From a virus (taxonomy: Duplodnaviria; Caudoviricetes): DNA of 37,474 nt. A program made the translations under genes and the position numbers. The notes under the pieces are model-generated. The model had not been told where the DNA came from, did not search any database, and saw nothing but the letters and a program-made list of their open reading frames with translations. Location: IMG/VR virus record IMGVR_UViG_3300029787_000142, positions 1 through 37,474 of that record; one strand, written 5' to 3'. Positions 24,586-33,447 of the stretch are shown piece by piece; the first letter of the stretch is position 1; each line of letters begins with the position of its first letter.

Positions 24586-25836
24586 ATGGGTTCCTTTAAT
24601 TTAACAAACTTTGATGCGGCCATGAAACACATGTACCCGTATAAAAAAGTTGAAAACATGGTTTATCAAAACAACCCTCTGTTTTCAATGATTCCTAAAG
24701 AAACACACTTTGCTGGTCGAAATGCGACTTATGCAATTGAGTACGGCATGACCAGTGGTCGTAGCGCAAACTTTGCAACTGCTCAAAACAACCGTAGCGG
24801 TACAAAGCTTGAAGACTTTGTCGTTACACGCGTAAAAGACTATGCAGTAGTAAGCGTAGACAACGAAACTTTGCTTGCCGCTGATGGCAGTGAAGGTTCT
24901 TTGCTTGACGTTGCTAAAGCAAAGACTGACTCAGCTCTTCATGTGCTTGCACGCACAATGGGCCGAGACATTTACCGTAGCGGCACTGGTGCTGTTGGTC
25001 AGGTTCATGGAAGCACGGCTCCAACCACATCAACATTGCTAACGCTTACTGAAGGCTCTGCTGTTAACTTTGAAGTTGGCATGCGTCTTAAGGCAAGCGC
25101 TACTGACGGCAGTGCGCTGTATTCAGGTGTTCTTGAAATTGTTGGAGTAGACCGCGATGCGGATACTCTTACAACTAATGTTAACACTACAACCGGCATT
25201 CCGTCGCTTACTACATCTGATTTCCTATATGTTGAAGGCGATGCTGCAAACGGTGGATCTAACGTTAAGATGTCTGGTCTTGATGCTTGGATTCCGTCTT
25301 CTGTTACATCTTCATCATTCTTTGGTGTAGACCGTACATTGGACAAGACTCGCCTCGGCGGTCAGCGTGAAACTTTTAGCAGCACTGTTCATGAAACAAT
25401 TATTAAAGCAGCTGTAAAAGTTGGCCGCGAAGGTGGTCGTCCAGATGCAATGTTTATTAACCCAACTGACTGGGCTCAACTTGCTCTTGACCTTGAAGGT
25501 AAAGCTGCAATTGGATCAAGCGGAGCTACTCATAACCGACGTTATGACCCTAGTGACCGTAAAGGCCAGTTTGGTTTCTCAAGCTTGAGCATCGCTACTC
25601 CTACGGGAATGGTTGATGTTTATGCAGATCATAACTGCCCACTTAACCTTGGTTATCTTCTTCAAATGGATACTTGGAAGTTTAAGTCTCTTGGACCAGC
25701 TCCTCGTATGCTTGACTTTGACGGCCTTAAGGGAATTCGACAATCATCGGAAGATGGTGTTGAGTACCGCTGGGGATATTACGGTAACCTTTTATGCACT
25801 GCGCCGGGATTTAACTGCCGCATTACATTAGCGTAA
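24586..25836 (+). CDS. Major capsid protein
   Basis: 416 aa, strong AAGGAGG RBS, biased codon usage, position after scaffold. Confidence 0.88.
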   Translation: MGSFNLTNFDAAMKHMYPYKKVENMVYQNNPLFSMIPKETHFAGRNATYAIEYGMTSGRSANFATAQNNRSGTKLEDFVVTRVKDYAVVSVDNETLLAADGSEGSLLDVAKAKTDSALHVLARTMGRDIYRSGTGAVGQVHGSTAPTTSTLLTLTEGSAVNFEVGMRLKASATDGSALYSGVLEIVGVDRDADTLTTNVNTTTGIPSLTTSDFLYVEGDAANGGSNVKMSGLDAWIPSSVTSSSFFGVDRTLDKTRLGGQRETFSSTVHETIIKAAVKVGREGGRPDAMFINPTDWAQLALDLEGKAAIGSSGATHNRRYDPSDRKGQFGFSSLSIATPTGMVDVYADHNCPLNLGYLLQMDTWKFKSLGPAPRMLDFDGLKGIRQSSEDGVEYRWGYYGNLLCTAPGFNCRITLA

Positions 25837-25846
25837 GGAGATAACT

Positions 25847-26203
25847 ATGGGTTTTCCAAACTCTATGCAAAGCAGCACCAGTCCTGTGATTGTTGCTGGT
25901 TCTTTTAATAACGGTCTAACCGTTGTTCGCGGTGATGGATTTAGCGTTGCTGAAGCCAGCCGAACTTACACAATTACTTTTGACCGCGAATATGATGGCA
26001 TCATTAGCGCTACTGCAACGTTGCTTAACGCAACGCCAACAGGCAATGAAGCGATTAGCGCGGTTATTAAATCTCACAGTGTAACAGCTGATACTGCTGG
26101 TGGAACTCTTGTTATCCACTTGGTTGATGATGCTGCGGCAATTGATGCCAACACTGCTGATGTTGAAGTCCACTTTATTGCGGTTCTTTCAGCGGATACA
26201 TAA
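25847..26203 (+). CDS. Capsid decoration/minor structural protein
   Basis: Beta-rich 118 aa directly after MCP, followed by a terminator-like hairpin. Confidence 0.6.
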   Translation: MGFPNSMQSSTSPVIVAGSFNNGLTVVRGDGFSVAEASRTYTITFDREYDGIISATATLLNATPTGNEAISAVIKSHSVTADTAGGTLVIHLVDDAAAIDANTADVEVHFIAVLSADT

Positions 26204-26214
26204 CAATCCTGGGA

Positions 26215-26241
26215 GGGGGGCTCCGGCCCCCTAACCATTTT
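26215..26241 (+). terminator. Terminator-like hairpin after the capsid block
   Basis: GGGGGC-UCCG-GCCCCC, then a weak U tract. Confidence 0.55.
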
Positions 26242-26254
26242 ATGGAGATTTAAA

Positions 26255-26491
26255 ATGGCTAAAGAATCAGGTATTGCGCTTATTCTTGGTGACAACAAGA
26301 AAGAAAGCAGTAAAGACAATTTGATGGGTTTTGACCCTGAGTCTGACAGTATTGGAAGCGAAGATGCTTTTGAGGATGCAGCCAGTTCTGTTCTTCAGGC
26401 AATTCAAGAAAACGACCTGGAAGCTTTTGCAGATCATTTAAAAGACGCTATTGAAATCTGCATGATGAAAAGTGAAAGCGGAGAGTACTGA
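26255..26491 (+). CDS. Hypothetical acidic protein
   Basis: GGAG RBS, 78 aa. Confidence 0.75.
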   Translation: MAKESGIALILGDNKKESSKDNLMGFDPESDSIGSEDAFEDAASSVLQAIQENDLEAFADHLKDAIEICMMKSESGEY

Positions 26492-27183
26492 TGTCTACCT
26501 TGCTTGAACTAAGAACTAGAGCCCGCAGGCTTGCTGATGCTGTTGGTAATGAGTTTTTTTCTGATGCAGAAATTAACGATTACATTAACACTGGCCTTGG
26601 TGAGCTTCATGATATTCTTGTTTTAAAATTTGAAGATTATTACGTTAGCTCTATTTCTTTTAATCTAGCAGGAGACACGTCTTCTTACTCAATTGAGTCT
26701 ATAGGGTTAAATAACCTTTATAAAATTATGGGTGTAGATCTAAAACAAGGAGCCGAAACAGTTCGTGTTCCTAGATATTCTTTTCAAGAAAGAAACACCT
26801 TTAAGTCAAGCCAGGCACTCTACTCTGACCGAGGGCACACAAACCATCGGTACAGTTTAACTGGAAAGAACCTAAACTTTATACCTACTCCAACATCTAC
26901 TGATGAGGTAACCGTTTGGTACATTCCTACATATGTAAAGCTTGTAAATGATTCAGACTCAGTGGATGACAGAATTGCATCCAACTGGGAAGATTACGCA
27001 GTTTGTTCAGCAGCAATTAAAATGAGGCAAAAAGAGGAAACATCTACAAAACCTCTTGAGCTTGAGCACGATAAAATTACAGCGAGAATTGAAAACGCAG
27101 CAAGAAACAGAGACGCCGGTGAGCCTTTTGGAATTACCGACGAAGATATGGGTGTTTTGGCAGGTTACGGACCTTTCGGTTAG
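26491..27183 (+). CDS. Head-tail adaptor
   Basis: TLLELR.RAR...D....FSDAEINDYIN.G...P.P...V.Y pattern of podoviral adaptors. Confidence 0.75.
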   Translation: MSTLLELRTRARRLADAVGNEFFSDAEINDYINTGLGELHDILVLKFEDYYVSSISFNLAGDTSSYSIESIGLNNLYKIMGVDLKQGAETVRVPRYSFQERNTFKSSQALYSDRGHTNHRYSLTGKNLNFIPTPTSTDEVTVWYIPTYVKLVNDSDSVDDRIASNWEDYAVCSAAIKMRQKEETSTKPLELEHDKITARIENAARNRDAGEPFGITDEDMGVLAGYGPFG

Positions 27184-27191
27184 AGGCAGTT

Positions 27192-27509
27192 ATGACTCTT
27201 AGAAAATTCGAAAGAGTCTCAACTGATGACTCAACACTCAATCGTATTCAGGAAAGAGTTGAGGATGCTTTTGTTCCTGTTTTAAGCTCATCTATCCTTG
27301 ATGGAAAAATCATAAACGATGTTGATCTAGCGTCTGGATCTACAACAATAGTATCTCACGGCCTAGGAAGAGTTATTTCTGGCTGGATTGTTGTTAGTAA
27401 AAACGCAGCTCAACACGTTTATGATGTCCAGTCTTCAAATAACAATAAAGATAGATTCTTACACTTAACTGCTGGCGGTACAGTTACTGTTAGCTTGTGG
27501 GTTTTCTAA
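27192..27509 (+). CDS. Small tail-associated protein
   Basis: HGLGR motif, beta-rich, lies between adaptor and nozzle. Confidence 0.6.
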   Translation: MTLRKFERVSTDDSTLNRIQERVEDAFVPVLSSSILDGKIINDVDLASGSTTIVSHGLGRVISGWIVVSKNAAQHVYDVQSSNNNKDRFLHLTAGGTVTVSLWVF

Positions 27510-30500
27510 TGCCATTAAAGAAAAAAGTTGCAGTCATACCTTTTGGTAAAGGTGTCCAGTCGAAAAAGACTGACATTACCCTTGAGGCTGGTGAGCTTGA
27601 GGTTTTAGAAAATGGAATCTTTGACAAGCTAGGCCATATTGCAAAACGAAAAGGTCATTCTGAATCTGCATGGAGCATTAGTTCTGTTGGTAAACCCCAG
27701 GCATTTTTTCAATTCCAGGGAGCTATTTACTGGCTTACTTCAATGGGTAGCGTTTACCGCTTAAACCCAAACGATTTAACTTCTTTTGATTATCTTGGTG
27801 CATACTCTCCTGTTCATACTGAAACATTTACTGCATCTGGCGAGTCTGCTCTTCACCATCAAGAAAATCCTCATATTGCATTAAGCGGAAATGGAAATTA
27901 TCTTTGTGTTGTCTACACTGAAGCTGATTATGATTACACAAACAATGCGATTAATTACAAGTATCGATGGGTTGCTGTAGATACGGCAACAATGAAAATT
28001 GTAGATACAAAGTCAGGCAGAACTGCCGATGCTCTTGCTCGATATACATTCAATGGCAGAGTTAAAGTTGCAGCCGTTGGAAATACTCATTTTGCAATTT
28101 ATTGGGAATACAATAATGGTGGCAGTTACGAGTTAAGACGGGATGAAATGGTCCCAAACAGCACAGGACAACAACCGTCTTTTGCTAGCGGGGGCGTTGT
28201 TATTGCTGCATCCAGTAATGATTATAACCAGACTCCAGCTCAGCAATCATTTGATATTTCTGAGACTGCATCCATAGGGTCTGTTCACGTTGCTTATTAT
28301 AAAACAAACAGCGGTTCTCATTCTGTTCGATATGTTAAAGACAATGCTCCTCTTGATAATACAAGTTCTGCTGATCTTGATTATGGAACTGATTTTAATG
28401 GTGGTCTTTCCGGCACTGCTCCAGTATCCCCTCTTGCTATCGGAAGATCTGCGCTAGGTGCAGAAAGAATTTATATTGGATACCGGACTGATTCATCTAG
28501 CACTATAAGGGTTTATCTGTTTCCTGAGGGAGTAGCTTCTTCTACCGCATTAACAGCAACTGATTATCATTCATCGTCTCATTTTATTCCCCATGGGTTT
28601 GTTGACTATCGGCCAACCCCTGGAGTCTTAACAACTGATTATGTTGCTTTTGTTTACCAGTCAGGGTCAACAAGTTCTCCTTACGCTCAAAATGCAAGAT
28701 ACATTCAAGATCCATCTGGTACTCCTGCTTTTGTTGCAGGAGTAAAAGCAGGAATAAACGGAAGACACAGCATTGGCCCGTTTGCTTTTACAACTGGTTC
28801 AGACAGCATGAAATCAATTGTTGTAGGAGCAGGAGATCAATACACTGCAGATTCAGAGTTTGGCTCAATTGTTTTTAACGGTACACTTGGAGCAAATGTT
28901 GGGGATGAATGGACTGGGGTATCTGCTGTTAACTCTTTTAAATACGAGCACTCTGCTGATTCCTGCAGAACAGTAACAGGTTCAGGTGTTGCGTATTCTG
29001 CTTTTCCTCGATCAAGCAATATTAACACATTTCCTGATGGGTCTGGCGGATCAACAGTTGTAACAAACTCAAACATAAATGTTCTTAAGTTTACTCCAGG
29101 CATTCCTGAATGGGGTGTAAGATATGCTTCCCTTGGAAAATCTGTATTTTTTAATGTTGGAAATGCTATTTATCGAGATTCATTTGGAAATAATTTAGAC
29201 ATATTGGGAATGCCTAAGCCTGTAATTAAATCAGCAACAGCTAGCTCAGGTGGAAGTCTTGATGAAGCAGATTACAAGTATAAGGCTGTTTTTGAAAAAG
29301 AAGACGCTCAAGGCAACCTTTACAGGTCTGAGCCATCAGATGAGTTTAGCGTAAGCACTACAAGTTCAAATAAAACAGTTACGGTTCTTGTGCATAATAT
29401 GCACGATATAAAAGCAGGAGGAACATACAGGGTAGCTCTTTATCGAACAGAAGGCGGGGGAAATATTTTCCATAAGGTTCAAACAATTAACGGAACAAGT
29501 GCATCAAACCTAACAGTATCCTTTGTTGATGATATCGCTGATAGCTCAGTTCTTGCTGGCGCATTTCTTTACACCGAAGGAGGCGAGCTTCCTAGCACCA
29601 GGTGCCCTGCCTCATTTTATGTTGAAGCTCATCGAAACAGATTGTTTGTAATTTCGGAAGACAATCGAATCTTTTTTTCTAAAGAGTACCAGGAGGGGTT
29701 TGGGGTATCGTTTACCGACACATTCTTTGTTCCTCTTGATGGACTAGATGACGATAAACCAACTGCTCTTGGAAGTGCAGGCGGAACTATTTACTTGTTT
29801 AGAGAAAACTCAATTTGGGCTCTTAGTGGCGATGGCCCTGATAAAACAGGAACCGGTAATTACTATACTCCGCAGCTAGTCAGCAACAGTATTGGCGCAC
29901 TTAAGGGTAGCCCTACTATTTTTACAGATGAAGGTCTTTTCTTTCAAAGCACTAAAGGTATTTTCTTGGTAGGCTCTGGCGGAATTACTTATGTAGGAAG
30001 CCCAGTAGAGGATGTTCTTGGGACATCAAGAATTATAGATATGATTCAAGATCAAGAAACTTCTACTATTAGATTTATTACAGACTCAAATGTCATTGCT
30101 TACAACTACAGCACCAAGCAATGGTCTAATTACACGTTTTCTACATTAGGTGATTACAAAATTATTGGCGCTGGAAATGCTGATGGGGATATTTATCTTT
30201 CAACAAACAACAGCAAGTTATGGAAAGAGTCTGGATATAAGCTAGGCACAACTTACTTGCCTCTTAGCTTAAAAACAGGGTGGATATCGTTTAACGAAAT
30301 TCAAGGATTTGGTAGAGTCTATAGATTTGCATTGCTTGGTAAAAGCAAAGACAAGCATACTCTTACTGTTAAGGTGTATTATAATTACGATGACAACTCT
30401 ACGCCTGACATCTACACCTTTACTACAACTTCTGCAGATGACGCAGTGCTTCAATTTAGAGCACACATGAAGCAGCAAAAATGCGAAGCAGTTAAGTTTG

Positions 30501-30628
30501 AAATTTACGACGCAGACAACAGCGCCTCTACTGGTGATGGGTTTGTAATTGAAAGCATTGCCTTAGAAATTGGAACTAAGCGAGGCATCTTTAGAACGTC
30601 AGAATCTAACACAATTGGAGCGAACTAA
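27509..30628 (+). CDS. Tail nozzle/tubular protein (beta-propeller)
   Basis: LENG.F...G.I.KRKG N-terminus, HRNRLF..IFFS, LKTGW. Start moved to the TAATG-coupled ATG 27509 (1039 aa). Confidence 0.8.
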   Translation: MPLKKKVAVIPFGKGVQSKKTDITLEAGELEVLENGIFDKLGHIAKRKGHSESAWSISSVGKPQAFFQFQGAIYWLTSMGSVYRLNPNDLTSFDYLGAYSPVHTETFTASGESALHHQENPHIALSGNGNYLCVVYTEADYDYTNNAINYKYRWVAVDTATMKIVDTKSGRTADALARYTFNGRVKVAAVGNTHFAIYWEYNNGGSYELRRDEMVPNSTGQQPSFASGGVVIAASSNDYNQTPAQQSFDISETASIGSVHVAYYKTNSGSHSVRYVKDNAPLDNTSSADLDYGTDFNGGLSGTAPVSPLAIGRSALGAERIYIGYRTDSSSTIRVYLFPEGVASSTALTATDYHSSSHFIPHGFVDYRPTPGVLTTDYVAFVYQSGSTSSPYAQNARYIQDPSGTPAFVAGVKAGINGRHSIGPFAFTTGSDSMKSIVVGAGDQYTADSEFGSIVFNGTLGANVGDEWTGVSAVNSFKYEHSADSCRTVTGSGVAYSAFPRSSNINTFPDGSGGSTVVTNSNINVLKFTPGIPEWGVRYASLGKSVFFNVGNAIYRDSFGNNLDILGMPKPVIKSATASSGGSLDEADYKYKAVFEKEDAQGNLYRSEPSDEFSVSTTSSNKTVTVLVHNMHDIKAGGTYRVALYRTEGGGNIFHKVQTINGTSASNLTVSFVDDIADSSVLAGAFLYTEGGELPSTRCPASFYVEAHRNRLFVISEDNRIFFSKEYQEGFGVSFTDTFFVPLDGLDDDKPTALGSAGGTIYLFRENSIWALSGDGPDKTGTGNYYTPQLVSNSIGALKGSPTIFTDEGLFFQSTKGIFLVGSGGITYVGSPVEDVLGTSRIIDMIQDQETSTIRFITDSNVIAYNYSTKQWSNYTFSTLGDYKIIGAGNADGDIYLSTNNSKLWKESGYKLGTTYLPLSLKTGWISFNEIQGFGRVYRFALLGKSKDKHTLTVKVYYNYDDNSTPDIYTFTTTSADDAVLQFRAHMKQQKCEAVKFEIYDADNSASTGDGFVIESIALEIGTKRGIFRTSESNTIGAN

Positions 30629-33447
30629 TGGCTAGTGCACAAGCAGCAGGCTACGGCGAAATGCTAAGAGAAGAAGAAGATGATGAGCAGGGGCTTGTTT
30701 CTGCAGCAGCAGGAGGCCCTCAGGAAACTCAGCCAATGTCAGGTGACAATCCTTTTGGTGGTGGCGACCCTATTACTGACAATTTAGACACAAGCCCAAT
30801 TAATAGCGGCGACCCTACAGGAGTAGCGTCAAGCCCTGGCGGAGGTATTGATCTTAATGCTGTTGCCCCAGGAATACCGGGAGCAAATGTAAGCTCTCCA
30901 GAAGATGCGCCAACACCACCATCTGTTGCAGGAACAGCAATAAATACTGGAGCTAATGCAAACGTATCTGCTCAAGCTCCTATGTATTATGAAGATGAGT
31001 TTATTGATCCTCTTATTAAAAGAGACGTTCTTCAAAGAGAAGACGCTCAGCTCAGCGCAGAAGGATTTGATGCAGCAAACGTTGGCAGCGCACTTGGTGA
31101 AACAGGCATTACAGCCGGAGATTTTACAGGCGCTGATTTAAACGCCCAGGACCAAATGGGAAGGTCTGCACAACAAACCCAGATGGAGCTGCTAAAACAA
31201 GCAGCAGCAGGTCAAATGAGCCCTGCCATCCAACAGCAACGAGACAGAGCAACACAAGATGCACTTGCCTTGATGGCAACTCAACGAGGTGTTCCTGCGG
31301 CAGCAGCTATGCGTACTGGCATGCAAGGTATTTCTGAAGCAGGAAGACAAGCAACAGAGGCTGCGGCCCAGCAACAGCTCCAGGCAACTCAAATGCTTGG
31401 CGATGCAGGAACTCAGTTTAGACAACAAGAAATCGCAAAAGCGTCAGAACAGGCCCAGTTAAACCAGCAAGCAACAATAAGACAAGCAGAGCTTGATCTT
31501 GAAGCAATGACATCAACCGCTCAAATAGAACAAGAGCGGTTAAATCTTATTGGCAACTTCCAGCAACAAGCAAACTTAACCAATGCTCAAATGGCAGATG
31601 AGATGGCTTTAGCAGAAGCTCAAGTAAACGCTCAGCTTGAAAATCAAAGAGACCAAATGGTTACTTCTTTAACAAGCCTTGGTGTTGAACGAGACATGGC
31701 TGAAATGCAAATAGCTTCAGAAATGGAAAGACTTAAAGAAGAGCTTCTTTATAAATTCTGGGCAGGAAAACTTGGTGCAGCCACTCAAATTGGTACTGGG
31801 CTTATGGAAGCAGCCAGTGATTCAGAAGATATTTTTGAACAATTTATTGAAGAAGGCTCTGTCTTTAATATCTTTGGAGGATATCAAACCCCTGAAGGTT
31901 ACGAGGTTGGCGGAGCGCAAATTACAGGGCCATTAGGATATCAGGGTGACTTAGGCCCAGGCTTTGGAGCTGTTCCAGGAGCAAACCAGCCAGGTGCAGT
32001 TTACGATGTATCATCTACTGAAGGAGCACCGGTAGTTGTTAACCCAACTGAAGCAGAAGTTTCCGGCATAGAAGCAAAACAAAACATTGCGCCAATTGGA
32101 ACCAGGGACGAGTTTTACAGAAAACGTGAGCCTACTAGGTTTGGTCAAATGGAAAACTCGCCTACGGAATTTGCAGGAAATATTTCTGCTACAGATCCAA
32201 TGGCAATGAACAAGGTAGGCACATCTAAACTTGGTCAAGTAAACAGAGGTCTTCTTAAGTCTGAGCAAAAAGACCTACTAAAAGCTGCAACAGCAGACCC
32301 TTATCAAACAAGAGCTAAGCCATCTGCAGCGTTCAGAGGAGGCATGCAGACTGTATCTGATTTTATGGAATATGGTTCATTGGGTGCAGCTGCTTCTGGG
32401 TTAGCAAGCTCAAACAAAGAAGAGCGAGAACAGTCAGCTCATGCTCTTGGAAGATATGGAGCTCAAAAAGCGCTCGAGGCCGGAGTAGAAGAAGCTTCTG
32501 AATACATCGACAAAGTAAGCAAAGAGGTTGGTGAGGAAGCAATTAAGCTTGGCGATGTTGCAAAAGAAACAGCCAGCATTGCAGGCAAAGCTTCTGAAGA
32601 AACTTTAAAGTCAGCCGGAGAAAGAGCTGCATCGGAAGCTGCTCCAATTACAGCGGCTCAGGCAGCGCCATACATTGGCGGAACATTACAGTTTCTTTCA
32701 AGCACTCTTCAGGGAGACCAAACAGGCCCTGCCGCAATTAGAGCTGGCGGTGCAACGCTTGGTGGTTTAGCAGGCGCAGGCGTAGCTTCTGCGCTTGGTC
32801 AAGCAGCGGCAACAGGCGCAGCAGCAGCAGCCATGGGTGGAGCTACAAGTGGCGCCGCAGCAGGCTCTGCGCTTCCGGGTATTGGGACAGCAATCGGTGC
32901 AGGTGTAGGCGCACTTTCAGGCGCACTTGGCGCTGCAGCTGGTTCTGCAGGAGCAGAGCCTCTTGCCAGAAAAGCAACTAAGCAACCTAGAAAACCATTA
33001 AGCTTTCAGGGAATTAGAGACCCTGAATCAATGGTTGGTGCGCCTTCGGCCCCAGGAGTCTATTCTGGGCTTGAAACTAAAAGGTACATTGAAGATCTTA
33101 CCCCAGTATCATCAAGCATGAGATACGGTGAAATCTCTGACGAAAATGCAAAAACAGGAATTGGCCCTTCGCAAGATGAGCTTTCTGGTTTCTTGAGAGA
33201 GCTTAATCCTGTTAAGTATGACTATAAGCCAGAGTATGGTGGGGAAAAGAATCAATACGGAATCATTGCTCAAGATGCACAAAAGACTCCAGTAGGAGAT
33301 TCCTTTGTTAAGCAAAATGGTGATGGCACTCATGTAATTGATACAGGAAAAGCAACTATGGTTAACATGGCTGCATTGGCTAACCAGCAAAGAATTCTTG
33401 ATAGACAAGACATGTTAATTGCTGAGCTTCTGAAAGGAAGAGGATAA
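30628..33447 (+). CDS. Putative ejection (DNA delivery) protein with C-terminal S74-like chaperone domain
   Basis: Gln/Ala-rich helical core and a Gly/Ala zipper. SDENAK..I...LNPVKYDYK...GIIAQD. Confidence 0.72.
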   Translation: MASAQAAGYGEMLREEEDDEQGLVSAAAGGPQETQPMSGDNPFGGGDPITDNLDTSPINSGDPTGVASSPGGGIDLNAVAPGIPGANVSSPEDAPTPPSVAGTAINTGANANVSAQAPMYYEDEFIDPLIKRDVLQREDAQLSAEGFDAANVGSALGETGITAGDFTGADLNAQDQMGRSAQQTQMELLKQAAAGQMSPAIQQQRDRATQDALALMATQRGVPAAAAMRTGMQGISEAGRQATEAAAQQQLQATQMLGDAGTQFRQQEIAKASEQAQLNQQATIRQAELDLEAMTSTAQIEQERLNLIGNFQQQANLTNAQMADEMALAEAQVNAQLENQRDQMVTSLTSLGVERDMAEMQIASEMERLKEELLYKFWAGKLGAATQIGTGLMEAASDSEDIFEQFIEEGSVFNIFGGYQTPEGYEVGGAQITGPLGYQGDLGPGFGAVPGANQPGAVYDVSSTEGAPVVVNPTEAEVSGIEAKQNIAPIGTRDEFYRKREPTRFGQMENSPTEFAGNISATDPMAMNKVGTSKLGQVNRGLLKSEQKDLLKAATADPYQTRAKPSAAFRGGMQTVSDFMEYGSLGAAASGLASSNKEEREQSAHALGRYGAQKALEAGVEEASEYIDKVSKEVGEEAIKLGDVAKETASIAGKASEETLKSAGERAASEAAPITAAQAAPYIGGTLQFLSSTLQGDQTGPAAIRAGGATLGGLAGAGVASALGQAAATGAAAAAMGGATSGAAAGSALPGIGTAIGAGVGALSGALGAAAGSAGAEPLARKATKQPRKPLSFQGIRDPESMVGAPSAPGVYSGLETKRYIEDLTPVSSSMRYGEISDENAKTGIGPSQDELSGFLRELNPVKYDYKPEYGGEKNQYGIIAQDAQKTPVGDSFVKQNGDGTHVIDTGKATMVNMAALANQQRILDRQDMLIAELLKGRG

